Both the position numbers and the translations under genes were made by a program. A stretch of DNA of 62,228 bases, filler included. It is 12 parts of 12 records of this genome, joined end to end, with 100 filler letters (N's around TTAATTAATTAA, not from the genome) between each part and the next. Parts side by side here need not be neighbours in the genome. Positions count along the whole stretch, not along the records: positions 37,973 to 41,811 come from SRR15195285_3774; positions 41,912 to 45,039 come from SRR15195285_3775; positions 45,140 to 49,557 come from SRR15195285_3777; positions 49,658 to 54,267 come from SRR15195285_3779; 8 more parts are not named here. The stretch is one strand, 5' to 3'. Positions 38,254-51,362 of this stretch are shown here, piece after piece (within the stretch, counting starts at the first letter, position 1; each line of letters begins with the position of its first letter). The notes below the pieces were generated by a model, which had not been told where the DNA came from, made no database searches, and saw only the letters and a program-made list of their open reading frames with translations.

Positions 38254-41200
38254 ATGTGCTGGCTTCTGTTGGCGCTGCAAATGTTGATGATAATGCCACT
38301 CGGTTTGGTGCATGCCATCGACAACGGAGTCGGCGTCACACCACGTAAGAGCTCTTGGGCATGTTTTGAGCCCGGGACGGCCCTCGCGTTAGACTAGTTC
38401 ATGCTCTGCCTCGAGTCTGCTCCGTTCGCCACTGAAGCCGTGCCCACCGAATGCCTGCAATGTGTCATGCGAAGCGATGGGCTGGCGTCACTGGAAAGCA
38501 TTCTACGCTCACATCAACCAGGCCATCATGGAGGAGATTATGGAGGAGATGGCAGCTAAGCATCCAGTCGACGGTGTCCCCACCAGCTTGGTCGATTTGG
38601 GCTACAAGTACAGGCTCCAACCTGTGACAATCTCAATCTTGCTTTGCAGTCACCTGACCAGACTCTCTGCTCGGAGCAGATACGTGGGGCTCGACGACCA
38701 CTGGCAGAACTGCACGACTGTCTGCCCCAACGGCACCGTGGTCCCGAGCTACCGCGTCGTGCACAAGAGCAATGGACAGACCGACTACGACTACCAGGGC
38801 TGCGTCAACGCCACTGGTGGCAAGGTAGCGGGCGCGAGGCAAATCCCATGGTACTCCGACGGGACAGACTCAGCCCAAGGGCCGTATGGCACGCCACAGT
38901 GGGACACCCATCGTTTCCCTGATGTTAAGGGCATGGTTGCAAAGGGCCACTCCCTCGGGTTGCGTCCTGGCTGGTACATGGTAGGCTCCCATGGGCATAG
39001 CTCATACAACAGGTAGAATGCGCGCCGCAATTGAATAATTTCAGTCAAAATTCGTTTCACGTTCGAGTGTTGGGTGGATGTGCACAGGGCAATTACCAGT
39101 GCTCAGGCGCTAACAACCAGTGTGCTGGTGGTGGCGAGCGTGGTGATAATTGTAGCAGCTGGGACATGGACAGGCTTGTCGCGGGATCAGTGAAGGCACT
39201 GGTTGACGCTGGATTCGATTCTGTGAAGCTTGACTCGGGATTTGCCGTGGGGCACAATCTGACGCTGTGGTCGCAGCTATTAAACCAGTCGGGTCGAGAT
39301 GTAATGGTGAGTCAGAGACCACTATGGTCCTCCCAGCATCCTACTCATTCACGAGCGCCGTGTTATTCCCAATGCTACGCCCTTTGTTCTGTGTTTTACT
39401 GAGGCTCTCGCTGTGGACCACTAGATTGAAAATTGCCATCAAGGAGCAATTGCTCCTGGGCTGGTCCAGGATGGCGCATGGAACCACAACTGTACTGGCC
39501 TCGGCCGAGCTGATGGCAACACCGAGTTCTCTGACTGCCCCTTCACCTTCTGGCGTACGACTGGGGACCCGTACCCAGACTGGGGCACTATAATGCGCGA
39601 ACTGAATGGCCTACGAAAGATTAAGAATAAAAACTACGGCATTGGAACGCGCACAAACTCCGTCCCATATAACACGGAGCCACCGCGCTCTCGACCTGGT
39701 GGCTGGGCATATCCGGGGACCATGACTTTGGGGGATGGGGGCTCCGTCAATGCAAGCGGTGTGCTCAATGGTGGCCTGACATACGACGAGAATGCAGTGC
39801 ACTTTGGAGGCTGGTGCATAGTCTCAAGTCCTCTCATCTTGGCCTACAACCTCACTGAGCCCGCAAGGCGTAAATTGGTGTGGCCGATTATTACAAACAA
39901 GGAGGCAATTATGGTGTGTAGCCAACATTACGGCATGCCTTGTACAGTCCGTGATGATCGTAACTATGATGGCAATGATATTGTGTTGCTGGTGTAGGTG
40001 AACCAAATCTGGGCAGGACACCCTGGGTCGCAAGTGCTGGCAAATATCGGTTCGAATGGCCAGATCGAGGTCTGGACGAAGCCTCTTGGTGGTGATCGGA
40101 CGGCTGTGCTCGTTGTCAACACTGCAAACAAAGCAGAAACAAGTGGGCATGGGGTGCTCCCAGAGGCGAAACGATTGGAAGAGGCTACAGAACCATACGG
40201 TGCACTCTATTCCAATACGAATTCTCAGTTCGAGTCGAAGTCCGGAAGAGAGAAACTGGATGATGGCGTGCTACAGTTAGTGCAGTGCAATAACAGCCGC
40301 CCCTCGCAAGGGTGGATCCTCTCTCCCGGCGTCGCTCCGAACTCTGGGGCGGTGACGAATGTATTTCCGGCTGACACGGGAAACAACGGTTCTGAAGGCA
40401 GCAGTCATTGCTGGTCTGTGCATGCGTGCAGGACAGCCGCAGGCTCATCAATTAGTCTAGATCCAGGGTGCAAAAAGCTGCCAGAGCCACCGTTCAACCC
40501 GTGTCCCAAAGCGTGCAACTGCAATTGCGCTTGGGAATTCTACTCGAACAAGACGGTGACCTCTGCAATGACTGGCCAATGTCTCACTGCAGTGGGGAAC
40601 CCGAAGTCCACAGGTAAGACCGACGCGGTGCAGCTTCAGAAATGCGAAATGAACGGAGACAACGACGACGCCTATGGCATCAATGCGACGCAGCAGTGGA
40701 CAGTGACCAAGAGGATCCTGCCGCTTTCTCCCTACGCCGATGCCGCTAGCAATCAGACCGAAACCAGCGTCGCCTACAACATCGAGTCGGTGGCCCAACC
40801 GGGGATGTGCGTGCTGTTCTGTAGATTAGATGAAGCTGCGCTGCCGCGGCATTCATTCGTGTTTCTATGTCATTCACAATATGATGATATGGGTTGGACA
40901 GTGAAAGTGGCACTTCAGCTACCGCTATGAACTCATGTTGACGTGCAATGGAATGGATGTGTGGACAGGTGTGTCGATGCAGCTCCTCCTGGTCCAGTCA
41001 CACCACCGTGCATGCCACCAAAATGCGTACCGGGCGCACCCGCGAAGGCAACCATCAAGCTGAGCGAGCTCGGACTTGGAATTGCCCAAGGTACAGTCAA
41101 AGTGCGAGATGTCTGGAACAAGAAGGATCTTCCTGATGCAATTGCAACTGGGAGTTTCACCACCACCGTGCCGCACCATGGTTGCACATTCTTTGTCTTC

Positions 41201-41317
41201 TCCAAGCCGGGCGGCGCGGCATGGCCTCCACCGTTCAAGGTGGCAGACTGGTTGGCCAAGCCTCCAACACCAGCACCGGCACCGCTTGCACTTAGCACTC
41301 TTGATAGAATGAAGTAA
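38254..41317 (+). CDS. Secreted GH27 alpha-galactosidase/alpha-N-acetylgalactosaminidase-like enzyme with a ricin-B (CBM13-like) insert, multi-exon
   Basis: Signal peptide + IDNGVGVTP|PMGWRHW; YVGLDDHWQ; VKLD; ENCHQG; WRTTGD; SSPLIL; EVWTKPL...VRDVW...VPHHG. Confidence 0.88.
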
Positions 41318-41811
41318 TCGTATTCACTGCCACCGGCACTAAAACCATGGCATCGCCGCGACGAATAAGTAGGTCCCAACTTGGAGAGCTAGCGAGGCAC
41401 CATCCACAGCCATACCACCCCTGAAAAGCCTGGCGCCCAAACCCGTCCGGCCGAACGAGGTCCTGCAGACTTGTGCAGCCGCGTCACAGCTGGCCGCGCG
41501 CGCGTCGCGAAGATGCTTCACGAAGATGCATGCGAGCAAGTGAACCGTCCTACGCGTAGGACACAACAGTAGCATAGAATAGCTAACGTGGTGACTAACG
41601 ATGGCGTCGCCGAGCGTCGTATGACAGCGCCCGCGGGTGGCAAGCTAGTCGTCTGGACGACTGGGCCCGCAGTGACCTGGTGCTGCTGCAGCCCTAAGGT
41701 GGAGCCCCCCGTGGGTTGCTTGCACATGTACCAGTGCTGGCATACATAAATACATATGCCACAATTACACACGACCCATACCCTCAACCTGGGTACTGCC
41801 TGAGTATCATA

Positions 41812-41911
41812 NNNNNNNNNNNNNNNNNNNNNNNNNNNNNNNNNNNNNNNNNNNNTTAATTAATTAANNNNNNNNNNNNNNNNNNNNNNNNNNNNNNNNN
41901 NNNNNNNNNNN
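41812..41911. other. Artificial contig linker
   Basis: N44-TTAATTAATTAA-N44. Confidence 0.98.
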
Positions 41912-42025
41912 TTCTCTTCATCTGCGAATGAGTGGATCTCAGCGGTTGTTGAGCAGACCAACAAGAATGGAGAGGCACAGGTACGATACACGGTAGGAGG
42001 CGAGGATAGGTTGAAATGGGTAGAC

Positions 42026-43705
42026 ATGAGCGACGAGAGTCAAATCGTATCCGATGCAGAGTCCATGCGTCAGCTGCAGAAAGGTGAATGTCCGCCTGCA
42101 GACGAGGATGGCGCAGGCGCTTCACATGCAAGCACGCACAGTCTGGAGACGCAAGTCGATGGAATGGACGCAGCCCAGCAGAAGCGGCAGCCAAATTACA
42201 AAACTGAAAACAGCAAGGAGCATAGCGCTGGCGTGTTTGACATGGAAGTTGAGGTCCCCGAAGGCATGGGTGCGGGAGATACGCTTACGATCGAGGTAGA
42301 CGGTATGGAGCTTGAAGTGGAAGTTCCAGAAGGACTGGTTGCTGGCGATGAATTTGACATTGCAGTCGAAGCTAGCAATTCGCCGCGAGATGCAGAAGCA
42401 CGACAGGATAAGTTCAAGTCGGAGCAGAAAGCGTTGGGACTGGACAGCTCGGACGACGACGAATCTGACGAACCAAAAGCTGCAGGCTTAGACCATGTTC
42501 ATTCTACGGTGGAGCCAGCTGAGGAACTCACGACATACACTGTCACGTTGGAGAAACCCGTCACAGGAGGCTTCGGCATCAATATGTCTCCAGACTGCAT
42601 TGTCAAGTCGTTTAGCAGCGAGGAATCTAGCGCTCAACGAGCTGGTGTAACCAAACACAGCGTCATCGTCAAGGTGAATGACAAGCCCGTCAGATCACGG
42701 GCAGAAATCATCTCTATTCTTCAGTATCTCATGCCAGGTGATCAAGCTACCTTTGTGCTGCGTGGCGATGGCCCCGGCCCCGTCCTGAAGGACGAACATC
42801 AGGTCGCAGCCATCGAGTACTTCGAAGCACTCTCGTCTCGGTTTGTTGAGCTTGGCGGCTTGACAACAGATGGTATCTTTAGAGAAGCCGGATCGAATGA
42901 CGCTGTCAGTGAACTGCAGACAACACTTGATGCCAAATTGAAAAGTGCGGGTGGCCGTGGGGCAGCAGCAATCGCGCAGGATATCCTCAGCAACCATTCG
43001 GATGTGCACAATATTGCTACACTACTCGGGCGATGGCTAAGAGAACAGCCTATGATGATAGCTCCTCACAGGTTCAGAAGTTGCCACGCTTTAGTAGACA
43101 ACAACGCGGACGGTGCTGCTTGTGATGCGTTCGTGGCAGGTCAGCTTTCGAGCCGTGGCGGGTCTTTGCTGCGATCTTTGGTTAGGTTGCTCCAGCAGAT
43201 CGATGCAAGCGCCACACGGATGACGCCAGACAACTTATCCAAGGTGTTTGCAGTGACCATCATTCAGAGAGCAGACCCCCAGGAGATATCCAAATACGTT
43301 GCAACTGACGCAGCGTTCGTCAGGCATCTCATTCAAAAGCTGCCACCAGGTCCGATTTGCAAAGCTTCCAGTGCAGCAGTCGACGTGCACACGGACACCA
43401 AGGCAGCTCTGCAGACTGAGCGAACTGCAGGCGCAGAATCAGACGAGGAGGAATTCGGTGAAGATGACTGGGATGAAGCCCGTGCAGGCGACACTGTGTC
43501 CGTGAGCCGTCGGATGCAACTCGACCAAGCTGAGAGCGACTCCTACAGCGCTGGTGCAGTTGCCAGCCTCGAGTCGATTATGAAGTCCTCGTCCTCCTCG
43601 TCCTCCTCCAATGCCAGCACAGATGACGAATCAGAGGAGAACGCACCAGCTGCCTCGAGCCTGATGGATGAGTTTGCACTTTTAGAAGCAATGCTGGATG
43701 CTTGA
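42026..43705 (+). CDS. PDZ + RhoGAP protein with an N-terminal tandem VEVPEG..GD module
   Basis: VTLEKPVTGGFGI...IVKVND (PDZ); GLTTDGIFREAGS (Arg finger); DVHNIATLLGRWLRE; TRMTPDNLSKVF. Confidence 0.85.
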   Translation: MSDESQIVSDAESMRQLQKGECPPADEDGAGASHASTHSLETQVDGMDAAQQKRQPNYKTENSKEHSAGVFDMEVEVPEGMGAGDTLTIEVDGMELEVEVPEGLVAGDEFDIAVEASNSPRDAEARQDKFKSEQKALGLDSSDDDESDEPKAAGLDHVHSTVEPAEELTTYTVTLEKPVTGGFGINMSPDCIVKSFSSEESSAQRAGVTKHSVIVKVNDKPVRSRAEIISILQYLMPGDQATFVLRGDGPGPVLKDEHQVAAIEYFEALSSRFVELGGLTTDGIFREAGSNDAVSELQTTLDAKLKSAGGRGAAAIAQDILSNHSDVHNIATLLGRWLREQPMMIAPHRFRSCHALVDNNADGAACDAFVAGQLSSRGGSLLRSLVRLLQQIDASATRMTPDNLSKVFAVTIIQRADPQEISKYVATDAAFVRHLIQKLPPGPICKASSAAVDVHTDTKAALQTERTAGAESDEEEFGEDDWDEARAGDTVSVSRRMQLDQAESDSYSAGAVASLESIMKSSSSSSSSNASTDDESEENAPAASSLMDEFALLEAMLDA

Positions 43706-44627
43706 TGCATGCTCGAACGCGTATGAATGGTACTATTTGAGTGTGTCATCTGTGCAAAGAAGTGTTTGACCGTAGCAACATAATTATGGCATCGATCTAA
43801 GCGCGCAGCGAGCGACAGACTAGCAACCTTCAATCTTCATTTTCAATATCCAACCACCTCATTGAACTCATGGGGATGCACCAACATCGGTGTCATTATG
43901 GCAGGCAGCCAGTGGGTCAGCGAAGACTCCCATTGATTCAATCCGTGGCTCCGTATCCTCCTCGGTCCACGCAATCTCATGCGAGCGGAGGATTCTGCTG
44001 CTCCCGTCTGGTGAGAGGTCAATGACGAAGAGGCCTCGGGTGATGAAGCTCTCGTGATGCATCGGTTTTCCGTTGTAAGAAAGCACTGGAACCAGGGCCA
44101 AAACGCATTAGAGAGGGCCACGATCAGCTAGATTGTGCTGCCGTCGAACGAGATGCCCACTTGGTCTCGGGCTGACCGTGGAGGCTTGGTCTTGGGCTGA
44201 CCGTGTGATTGGCCAGATCAAAACGGACCAGGTCGCTATCGTAAAGCGAGGTCTAGATGGGACAAGGAGTCCCAGTACAAGGCGCCGACAAACGTACATG
44301 TAATCTAATCTTGGCCCAGTCCATCGTCTGTCTCACTTTCTGGGCTCGAATGGAGAAAAGCTAAACCCCGAAAACTTAGGATGGAAGAATGCACCCCTTT
44401 CCCCTTTGGTGAACGCTCACGTGAACGGCTTGTCAGGGACCTTCCGAATGTACCGGTACAATCGGTACAATCATATAACAATGTTCAGTGTTTACATCAT
44501 TCGATTTCCATTTCTGAGATTTCGATTCATCGCGCCGGAAGAGCACGGACGAGTCCGAGCCGGGTGATCACATCATCAGAGTTGAGAGTAATCCACCTCG
44601 TCATCAGCCAGGCGGGACGCCTCTGGG

Positions 44628-45039
44628 ATGATAGCCTCGTCGCTGCTGCTGCTGCTGACTTCAACCGCCGCACCACGTACACCAGCGGCGAGTCATCAGC
44701 GCGCCCCTGCATCGTTCTGCGCTGCGCATGGATTCCGCCAGGTCTGGTCCGACGAGTTTAATGGCGCAGGGCTGAACTCGTCCAACTGGGAGAAGCGCAC
44801 GATGGGCAAAGTTGACCGAATGGCTGCCGTGGAAGACGACGATATCTATCTCGAAAACGGCAGTCTGGTGCTACGCAGCCAGCGCCGGGCAGTGAGTGGC
44901 TACAACTTCACCTCCGGAGCACTGCACACACGGGGTAAGCATAGCTGGAAGGGCAGAACGCGCGTGTGCGTGCGTGCGCGACTCCCGGCAGGTGGTCTGG
45001 GAACGGCGCAAGGCGTCCAGCCAGCGCACTGGATGATGC
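44628..45039 (+). CDS. Secreted GH16 (laminarinase/beta-glucanase-like), 3'-truncated
   Basis: Signal peptide; VWSDEFNG; ENGSLVL; FTSGAL; VRARLP..G..PAHWMM. The catalytic ExDxxE motif would lie beyond the gap. Confidence 0.85.
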
Positions 45040-45139
45040 NNNNNNNNNNNNNNNNNNNNNNNNNNNNNNNNNNNNNNNNNNNNTTAATTAATTAANNNNN
45101 NNNNNNNNNNNNNNNNNNNNNNNNNNNNNNNNNNNNNNN
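45040..45139. other. Artificial contig linker
   Basis: N44-TTAATTAATTAA-N44. Confidence 0.98.
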
Positions 45140-48100
45140 TGGCTCTGGCTCTGGCTCTGGCTCTGGCGTGGACTCTGATTCTGGTGCTGGTTCTGGGATA
45201 GAGTCGATGGTTGAACGATGATCAAAGGCGGCATTCAGCGCTCGCATGTTTTTGGTGCTGACAACCAGCGTCCTGCCAGCAACACGCTGCCGAGTGCACG
45301 AGACACACCCACAACATGCTCCATCCGAGGGCAGTATAATCGGCTCGCTGTTGTCCAGTGCTCCAAACGGCTTGTGCAGCTGTGGAAACATGTTCTCCAG
45401 CACCATGTCAATCACCAAGTCAATATTCAATTCGTACTGTAGTGACCCTAGAAGAAAGCACCAAGGCTGTTTGTACTTATTAACGCACTCATCTATCACG
45501 TATCGCTTTGGCGCTGGTGCCTGCACACGCACATGTGCATCGAGCTGCTCAAGCATCTGCTTGATCAGCGTCTCGTAGTTAGACCTGACGTCACCTGCCA
45601 TACCGCGCCCTGCCTCCTTGTCGTGTCCCACAAGGTTCCACAACTGCTCACAAATTGCACTGCGTGCTTTCAGGCGTCGGACGTCAGCTGCAGCTGCAGC
45701 CGTGCAGGCTTCCGCATGGTCTGCCTTGCACTGAAGCTGATCCACCTTGGTGGCTATGCTGGCAAAAGCCCCCGCTCCATTTTGCGCCTCTGACTTTGTA
45801 TCTCTGGTTTCTGTCGTACCGGACAAATCTGCTCTAGCCACCGCCTCTACTGCTGCGGTGCCCTCAAGACGTGGCGGCGGCATCGAATCCTGCTCTGCAT
45901 GAACAATTTCTTGTGCATCCTGGAGCATTGATGCCGCCATTTTGAATGATGCCTGCGCAGCCTGAGATTGTTGTCGCAATTGTTCGTACGCTTCGTCGAG
46001 CTTGGGAAGTCTAATGCTCAGGGCAGTGTGCGTCTGTTTGAGCCGGAACTGCAGCATGTCCACAACAGCAATTACCGATCGAGCTGTTTTGCCGAACGAT
46101 GCATTCTGTGGAAATCCAGTGGAAGCAGTACTATCCACACGAGTTTGAATTTCTAGTAGAAGACTTGTGACTACTTCTGCTGCAAAGTGAAGCATCGCTG
46201 TTACGTAGTCATCGTGCACCGGATCAAGCGCCTTCTGCTCTGAAGCTTCGTTCCCGTTACCCAATGTATCGTCATTGCTGATACCTAGCCCAGCCAGCAA
46301 CCGAAACACATGGGCTTTTCGATCGGCACCTCCGTAGTCAGCTAGGCCCACTGCAAACGCGGCTGCCGATTGCAACGCAATTGTCTCGACACCGAACATG
46401 CGCCTGAAGAACGCGGTTGTCAGATAGTGGTCCATGGGGTGGCCCCAATGCCCTGTTGGCCACTCTGACACTGAAACCGAAGATTCTGCAGAGATATTCT
46501 CGACGAGTATTTGTTCTCCAGTCGTTGCAGGCCGCTTCGCATCAGCATCCTCATTTACGCGCACGAACAGCGAGGCTTTCATGTTAGCGATGTAGATGGA
46601 ATTGATTGTTTTGTGGACCTCAGTCAGCCTCATCGGCGCCGAGACAGCTGATTCCCTAACAATCCTCTGTTGGACTGAAACCCTGTCCCAGTTCGCTAGA
46701 GCAGGCGACCACTCGTCCTCGACCTTACCAGATCCGCGTAATGTGGGCATCAGCGCTTGTAGGAAAAGGTCTGCAACAACATACAGTGACACAGCACCAG
46801 TCCTAAATCTGCATAGATGTGTAACGCACGCGCAGATCTTGTTCACAATCCTCTGCGGCGATTGTAAAGCCATACGTAGGGATTTGGTCGCCTCGATCAT
46901 CTCGGGTGCGTCCCGCTGCATCACGAGCACGCGCTTCGGTTCGGTTACTGCTGTCAGAATTCTGTCAATTGCCAGGCGGACGGAGCGAGTGGCAATCAGC
47001 TCGCCGATGTGGTCCTTGTCCTTCGTGATTAAGACACGCATCGCACCAGTACTTGCCTCGGCCTTCTTTCGACTAAACTTGCGAACGGACAGCCGACTGT
47101 TGCCGATCGATATCCCCGGATCTTCATTGTCGGCAGCAAGTGCCTTCGTGGCCCCGCTGACATCTTGCATTGTTACGAGTGCCCACGAACCTTTAGAGGT
47201 GTTTCTAGGTCGGCAAAAGACATTGGCTACGACTCCAAATTCAGAAAAAAGCTGCTCAAGCTCCTTCTCGTTTGTAAAGTCTTTCTCCAAGCCTTTAACG
47301 TGCAACTTTGTTTTATCCAGTGGGCTAGTGCTGCTGTTGTCGCTGCCACTCTCGTTCTTGCTTAGTTCCGCCTTCAGATTCTGACCAGTTCCTTTGGCTT
47401 TGACCGAGCCTGAGCGCAGCGTCTGCACAGCTTCCATCAGAGCTAGCACACAGTCTAGACCTAGCTCACGAACGGCACTGTTTGAGGTGATGGTGAGGTC
47501 CTCGTCATCACCAGACCATCCCATGGCACTCAGACGACCAAACACGTACGCAGCCCTATGCTGTAAAGAATGGACCTGTAGGCCGCTGCGGAAAGACGCC
47601 AGCAGGGCACGACAACGCCCACGCACCCTTCCAGCCCAGCTCCCGAAATAATCTTCAACATGAGCTATTATATCAGAACGTTCAGCATCCATAGCTCCCT
47701 CCTTTCTGGCATCTGGAAGCGGTGTTATGCGTCTGAGCCGATGCTTTCGTCCAGTTCCTCCGTTCGCGACCATTACAGATCTGTTCTTTGCCAAATAAAG
47801 ATAGAATTGCGACACATGCATGCAGACTTGTACCACGCTCATTGGTCCAAGCTGCACCTGCGGCTCCTTCACCAGCCTGCTCATGTGTATCGATTCTTCT
47901 TTCGAGCCCAGCGACGGAACTCCCAGCCCCTCGACATAGAGCACTGGGCAGACGGAGCTCAACAGAAAGGCAAGCGTTGCATCGAGAGCCACCATAGGGC
48001 CCCCTGTTCGGTTGCCTCGGCTACGTGCCGCGAGTTTGATTCCCTTCTCTCGCTTTAACTTTGCTTCCGCTGCTTCCTGCTTGAGTTTGAGCGCAGCCGC

Positions 48101-49552
48101 CTCACCCCAGCTTGCGTTTGCTACAGCCTGACCCTTCAGCGCCATAATTTCGCCGAGATCTTTTTCAGCACGCTGCAGCGGATCCAACAAGCCAACGGCA
48201 GACGCAATGAGCTGCTGCACAGTTTCAACACCCTTTAGCCAGCCCTGTGCTTGAAGCCGCTCCATAAGCTCGAGGCAAGAATAATCCTGTGCCTGAGATC
48301 CTTGGGAACCACGTGCCTGCAGCTGGCTAACACATGTCCGACAAGCGCCTGACACGCAATCTGCCACATCACGGAGTGGGAGCGGCTTGTCGTGCAGCTG
48401 CACTCCAGAGCCTTTCCTGCAGACGCTGACTAGCACCGCCACAGCAAGCTCAGCTCCTAGGGCGCGCTGAATCTCCTCTCCCGTTGTTGCCGAGTCACAT
48501 ACCAGCTGTCGAAACAGCAACAGCCGCTGATCGGCCACGACCATGGCTTCGATTTCCGGCTCTGCTATTTCATCTACCGAATTCCCATGACCAAGCAGGG
48601 CTCGAACCCTCTCTACCACACCGTCGCCTTTTCCAAATCTCCGCGGGCCGAAAAACTCGTCGCGGCACCATGCTCCGAACGGCTGTGGAACCTTGCTGAT
48701 GGAGATCAGCTGATTGCCGGGCCAGTCCGCGGCTGCCTTGCCGCGGTAGATTGCAGCAACCTGACGCCGAAGCGTTGCTATCGACACCAGCGGAGCTCCG
48801 GCGGGTGACGGCAACGGTGGCGGTGGCTGCTGAAGCCAGCGATACTGGCTAGGCGCTGGCGCCGAATTTGGGCGTGCAGCGGAACGACCGGCAGCCGGCG
48901 GCCGGCAGGAGCCTGAGGCAGCCTGCTGATGCACCAGCCGGCCGAACGCTGCCGGCGAACCCGGCACGACGGCATCAGCCGAGGCCCGTTCGCGCTGCTG
49001 GCGCGGCGTCTGCGTAACAATACGCCCTGCAACGCTGCGCCCCCGACCAGGCACACTGCGTCGCTGCTGCTGCCGCAGTGTGCGCGCAGTACGAGGTTCA
49101 GACCGAGCCCAAGCAGTGCCCGAGGGTGGAGTGGCAACCCGTGGTGCGTTTTCGCCGATCCTCGTGTCTTCGCGCAGCAGCGCAGCCTTCAGCCGCGCCA
49201 CCTTTCGCTGCACGCCAGCCTCAGGGTCCACCCGACTTCGCACCGCATCCGACACAAAGAACTCGTCCTGCTCCCGCACCGCAGGCCGCTGCTGCAGCTC
49301 TTTGATCTCCTGCTCGATCGCTCGCCGAACCTCCCTGTCCTCCCGGCCATCGCCACGCGGCCGCGCGCCAGCCGGCATCGCCAGCCGGCACATCGCCGCG
49401 CCCACAGCCCCAGCGGAGCACGGCCGCCCGTCCCGCGCCATGCGAGAGTCCGGCGCCCGTATCGCCGAGTGCATCGCGTGCCGCTGCCCTCCGTCCCTCT
49501 TGCTCTTCCTGCCGACCGCGGTGAGCTCAGTCAATTGTATGTGTACGCTCAA
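45140..49552 (-). CDS. Large (~1,450 aa) unknown protein with a central RRM, coiled coils and a C-terminal (EP)n repeat; start uncertain, 3' end truncated
   Basis: Single long ORF; KLHVKGL...ELEQLFSEFGVV...SWALVTM...LSVRKF (RRM) at about 47075-47310. Confidence 0.75.
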
Positions 49553-49557
49553 AACAG

Positions 49558-49657
49558 NNNNNNNNNNNNNNNNNNNNNNNNNNNNNNNNNNNNNNNNNNN
49601 NTTAATTAATTAANNNNNNNNNNNNNNNNNNNNNNNNNNNNNNNNNNNNNNNNNNNN
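49558..49657. other. Artificial contig linker
   Basis: N44-TTAATTAATTAA-N44. Confidence 0.98.
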
Positions 49658-50933
49658 GGTCAAGTGCAGAGGCGAACTGAACGTGATTCTTGTTGGCGAC
49701 CCTGGTACGGCCAAGTCGCAGCTGCTCAACTACGTGCACAAAATTGCTCCGCGCGGTATCTACACGTCAGGCCAGGGAAGCTCGGCGGTGGGTCTGACCG
49801 CATACGTGACACGGGATCCAGACACCGGCGAGATGGTGCTTGAGTCAGGTGCTCTAGTGCTGTCCGATCGCGGAATTTGCTGCATCGACGAATTTGACAA
49901 AATGAGCGATATTACCCGCGCAGTCCTGCACGAAGCGATGGAGCAGCAGACGGTCTCAGTCGCGAAGGCGGGCATCATTTGCAGCCTGAACGCGCGTACG
50001 TCCATCCTCGCGGCGGCGAATCCAATCGAGTCGCGATACAATCCACGCAAAAGCGTCGTTGAGAACATCAACCTCCCGCCGACGTTGCTCAGTCGCTTCG
50101 ACCTCATCTACCTTGTGCTGGACAAGGCTGATGAGACGTCCGATTCGCGGCTTGCCTCGCATCTTGTTTCGCTGTACTTCAAAGAGGTCTCGCCGAAGAT
50201 GAAGGGACAGTTCTCCGTAAAGCAGCTGACCAAGTACGTGTCGTACGCCCGTCGCAACTGCCACCCGCACATGACCGACGGCGCAAAGCAGCGATTGATC
50301 GAACACTATGTCGAAATGCGGAAGGCCGGGATGCGCAACAAGACAATCACGTCCACTCCACGCCAGCTCGAGTCGCTCATACGGCTTGCAGAGTCCAACT
50401 CCCGCATGCGGCTTGGCGAGGAGGTCACAGAGGACGATGTTGCTGAAGCAGTGCGGCTTATGACTGCGGCGACGCTGACGGCAGCGACTAACCCGGAGAC
50501 TGGCGAGATCGATATGGATCTAATCACTACTGGCCGTAGTGCGACTGACCGAGAAAGGGTTGAGCAGATATCGCAGGTGCGCCTCGTCAACCGCGCGCTA
50601 TTATGCAACTGAACACCTTGCCTTGTTCTCGTGTGGTTGCGTCACCTGCTCAGGGTGCATCGTCGCGCTTCTCAAGTGGCTGACTGTCGACTGAATGTTC
50701 CTGCTGCGTGTGTTTCGCTGCTGCGGCAACTGCTCACGCAGGAGTTGATGCCTATCATCGACGAGCTGCGGGCTGAGGGATTCAACGCACGAGATCTAGC
50801 AGTTGAATTGAGGGAGCGCTCGCGTAACCAGGACATCACAACGGAGGACGTGCGCGCTGCGCTTGACATGTTGGTAAATGAGGGTATGATCAGAGAGGGT
50901 AGCAATGGCTCCTACCGGAAAATGAGGCGGTAA
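49658..50933 (+). CDS. MCM4: DNA replication licensing factor MCM4, 3' part (AAA+ domain and winged helix)
   Basis: GDPGTAKSQLL; SSAVGLTAYVTRDP; LESGALVLSDRGICCIDEFDKM; LPPTLLSRFDLIYL; TPRQLESLIRL; G.IDMDLITTG. Intron 50577-50741. Confidence 0.93.
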
Positions 50934-51362
50934 GGCCACGCCAGTGATCTTCAGTGGCCGATATAGGGTGCAGCATCACACCATTCACGTAGCGTCGAAC
51001 CGGCGAGACGACAAGTACCTCGTCGAAGGTCGTGCGGACGAGTGGCTGGGTGCTGGCGGTGTTTTCATGGCACGAGCAGTGCATAAGCCGGTAGTCAGGA
51101 GACAGAAACAGGAGAGGCACAATGCTAGACGACGGGCTAGTGAGCAGGTGCTTGGCTTGTGGAACGTTCTCCGGCGGCGGCAGCGGCGGCGCTGGAGGAG
51201 TCAGTGCCAGCTGGTGCAGGATGGGGACAGAGGAAATGCACCGCTGATGGCGCAAACGTATCAGCATGCTATGGAGTTCGACTGAGACATTTTCTTTCAA
51301 TTCCACACACTATCGCTAAGGCGCCAATAGACCTTCGGCATTCCACGACAGCCGTCGAAACT

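Noticed and set aside
33359-45039. GH3 + GH27 + GH16 as a carbohydrate-utilisation cluster
   Set aside because: The three genes are on three different contigs, so their adjacency is artificial
50890-51306. 138-aa minus-strand ORF overlapping the MCM4 3' end
   Set aside because: No recognisable motif; probably the 3' UTR of the chromodomain gene
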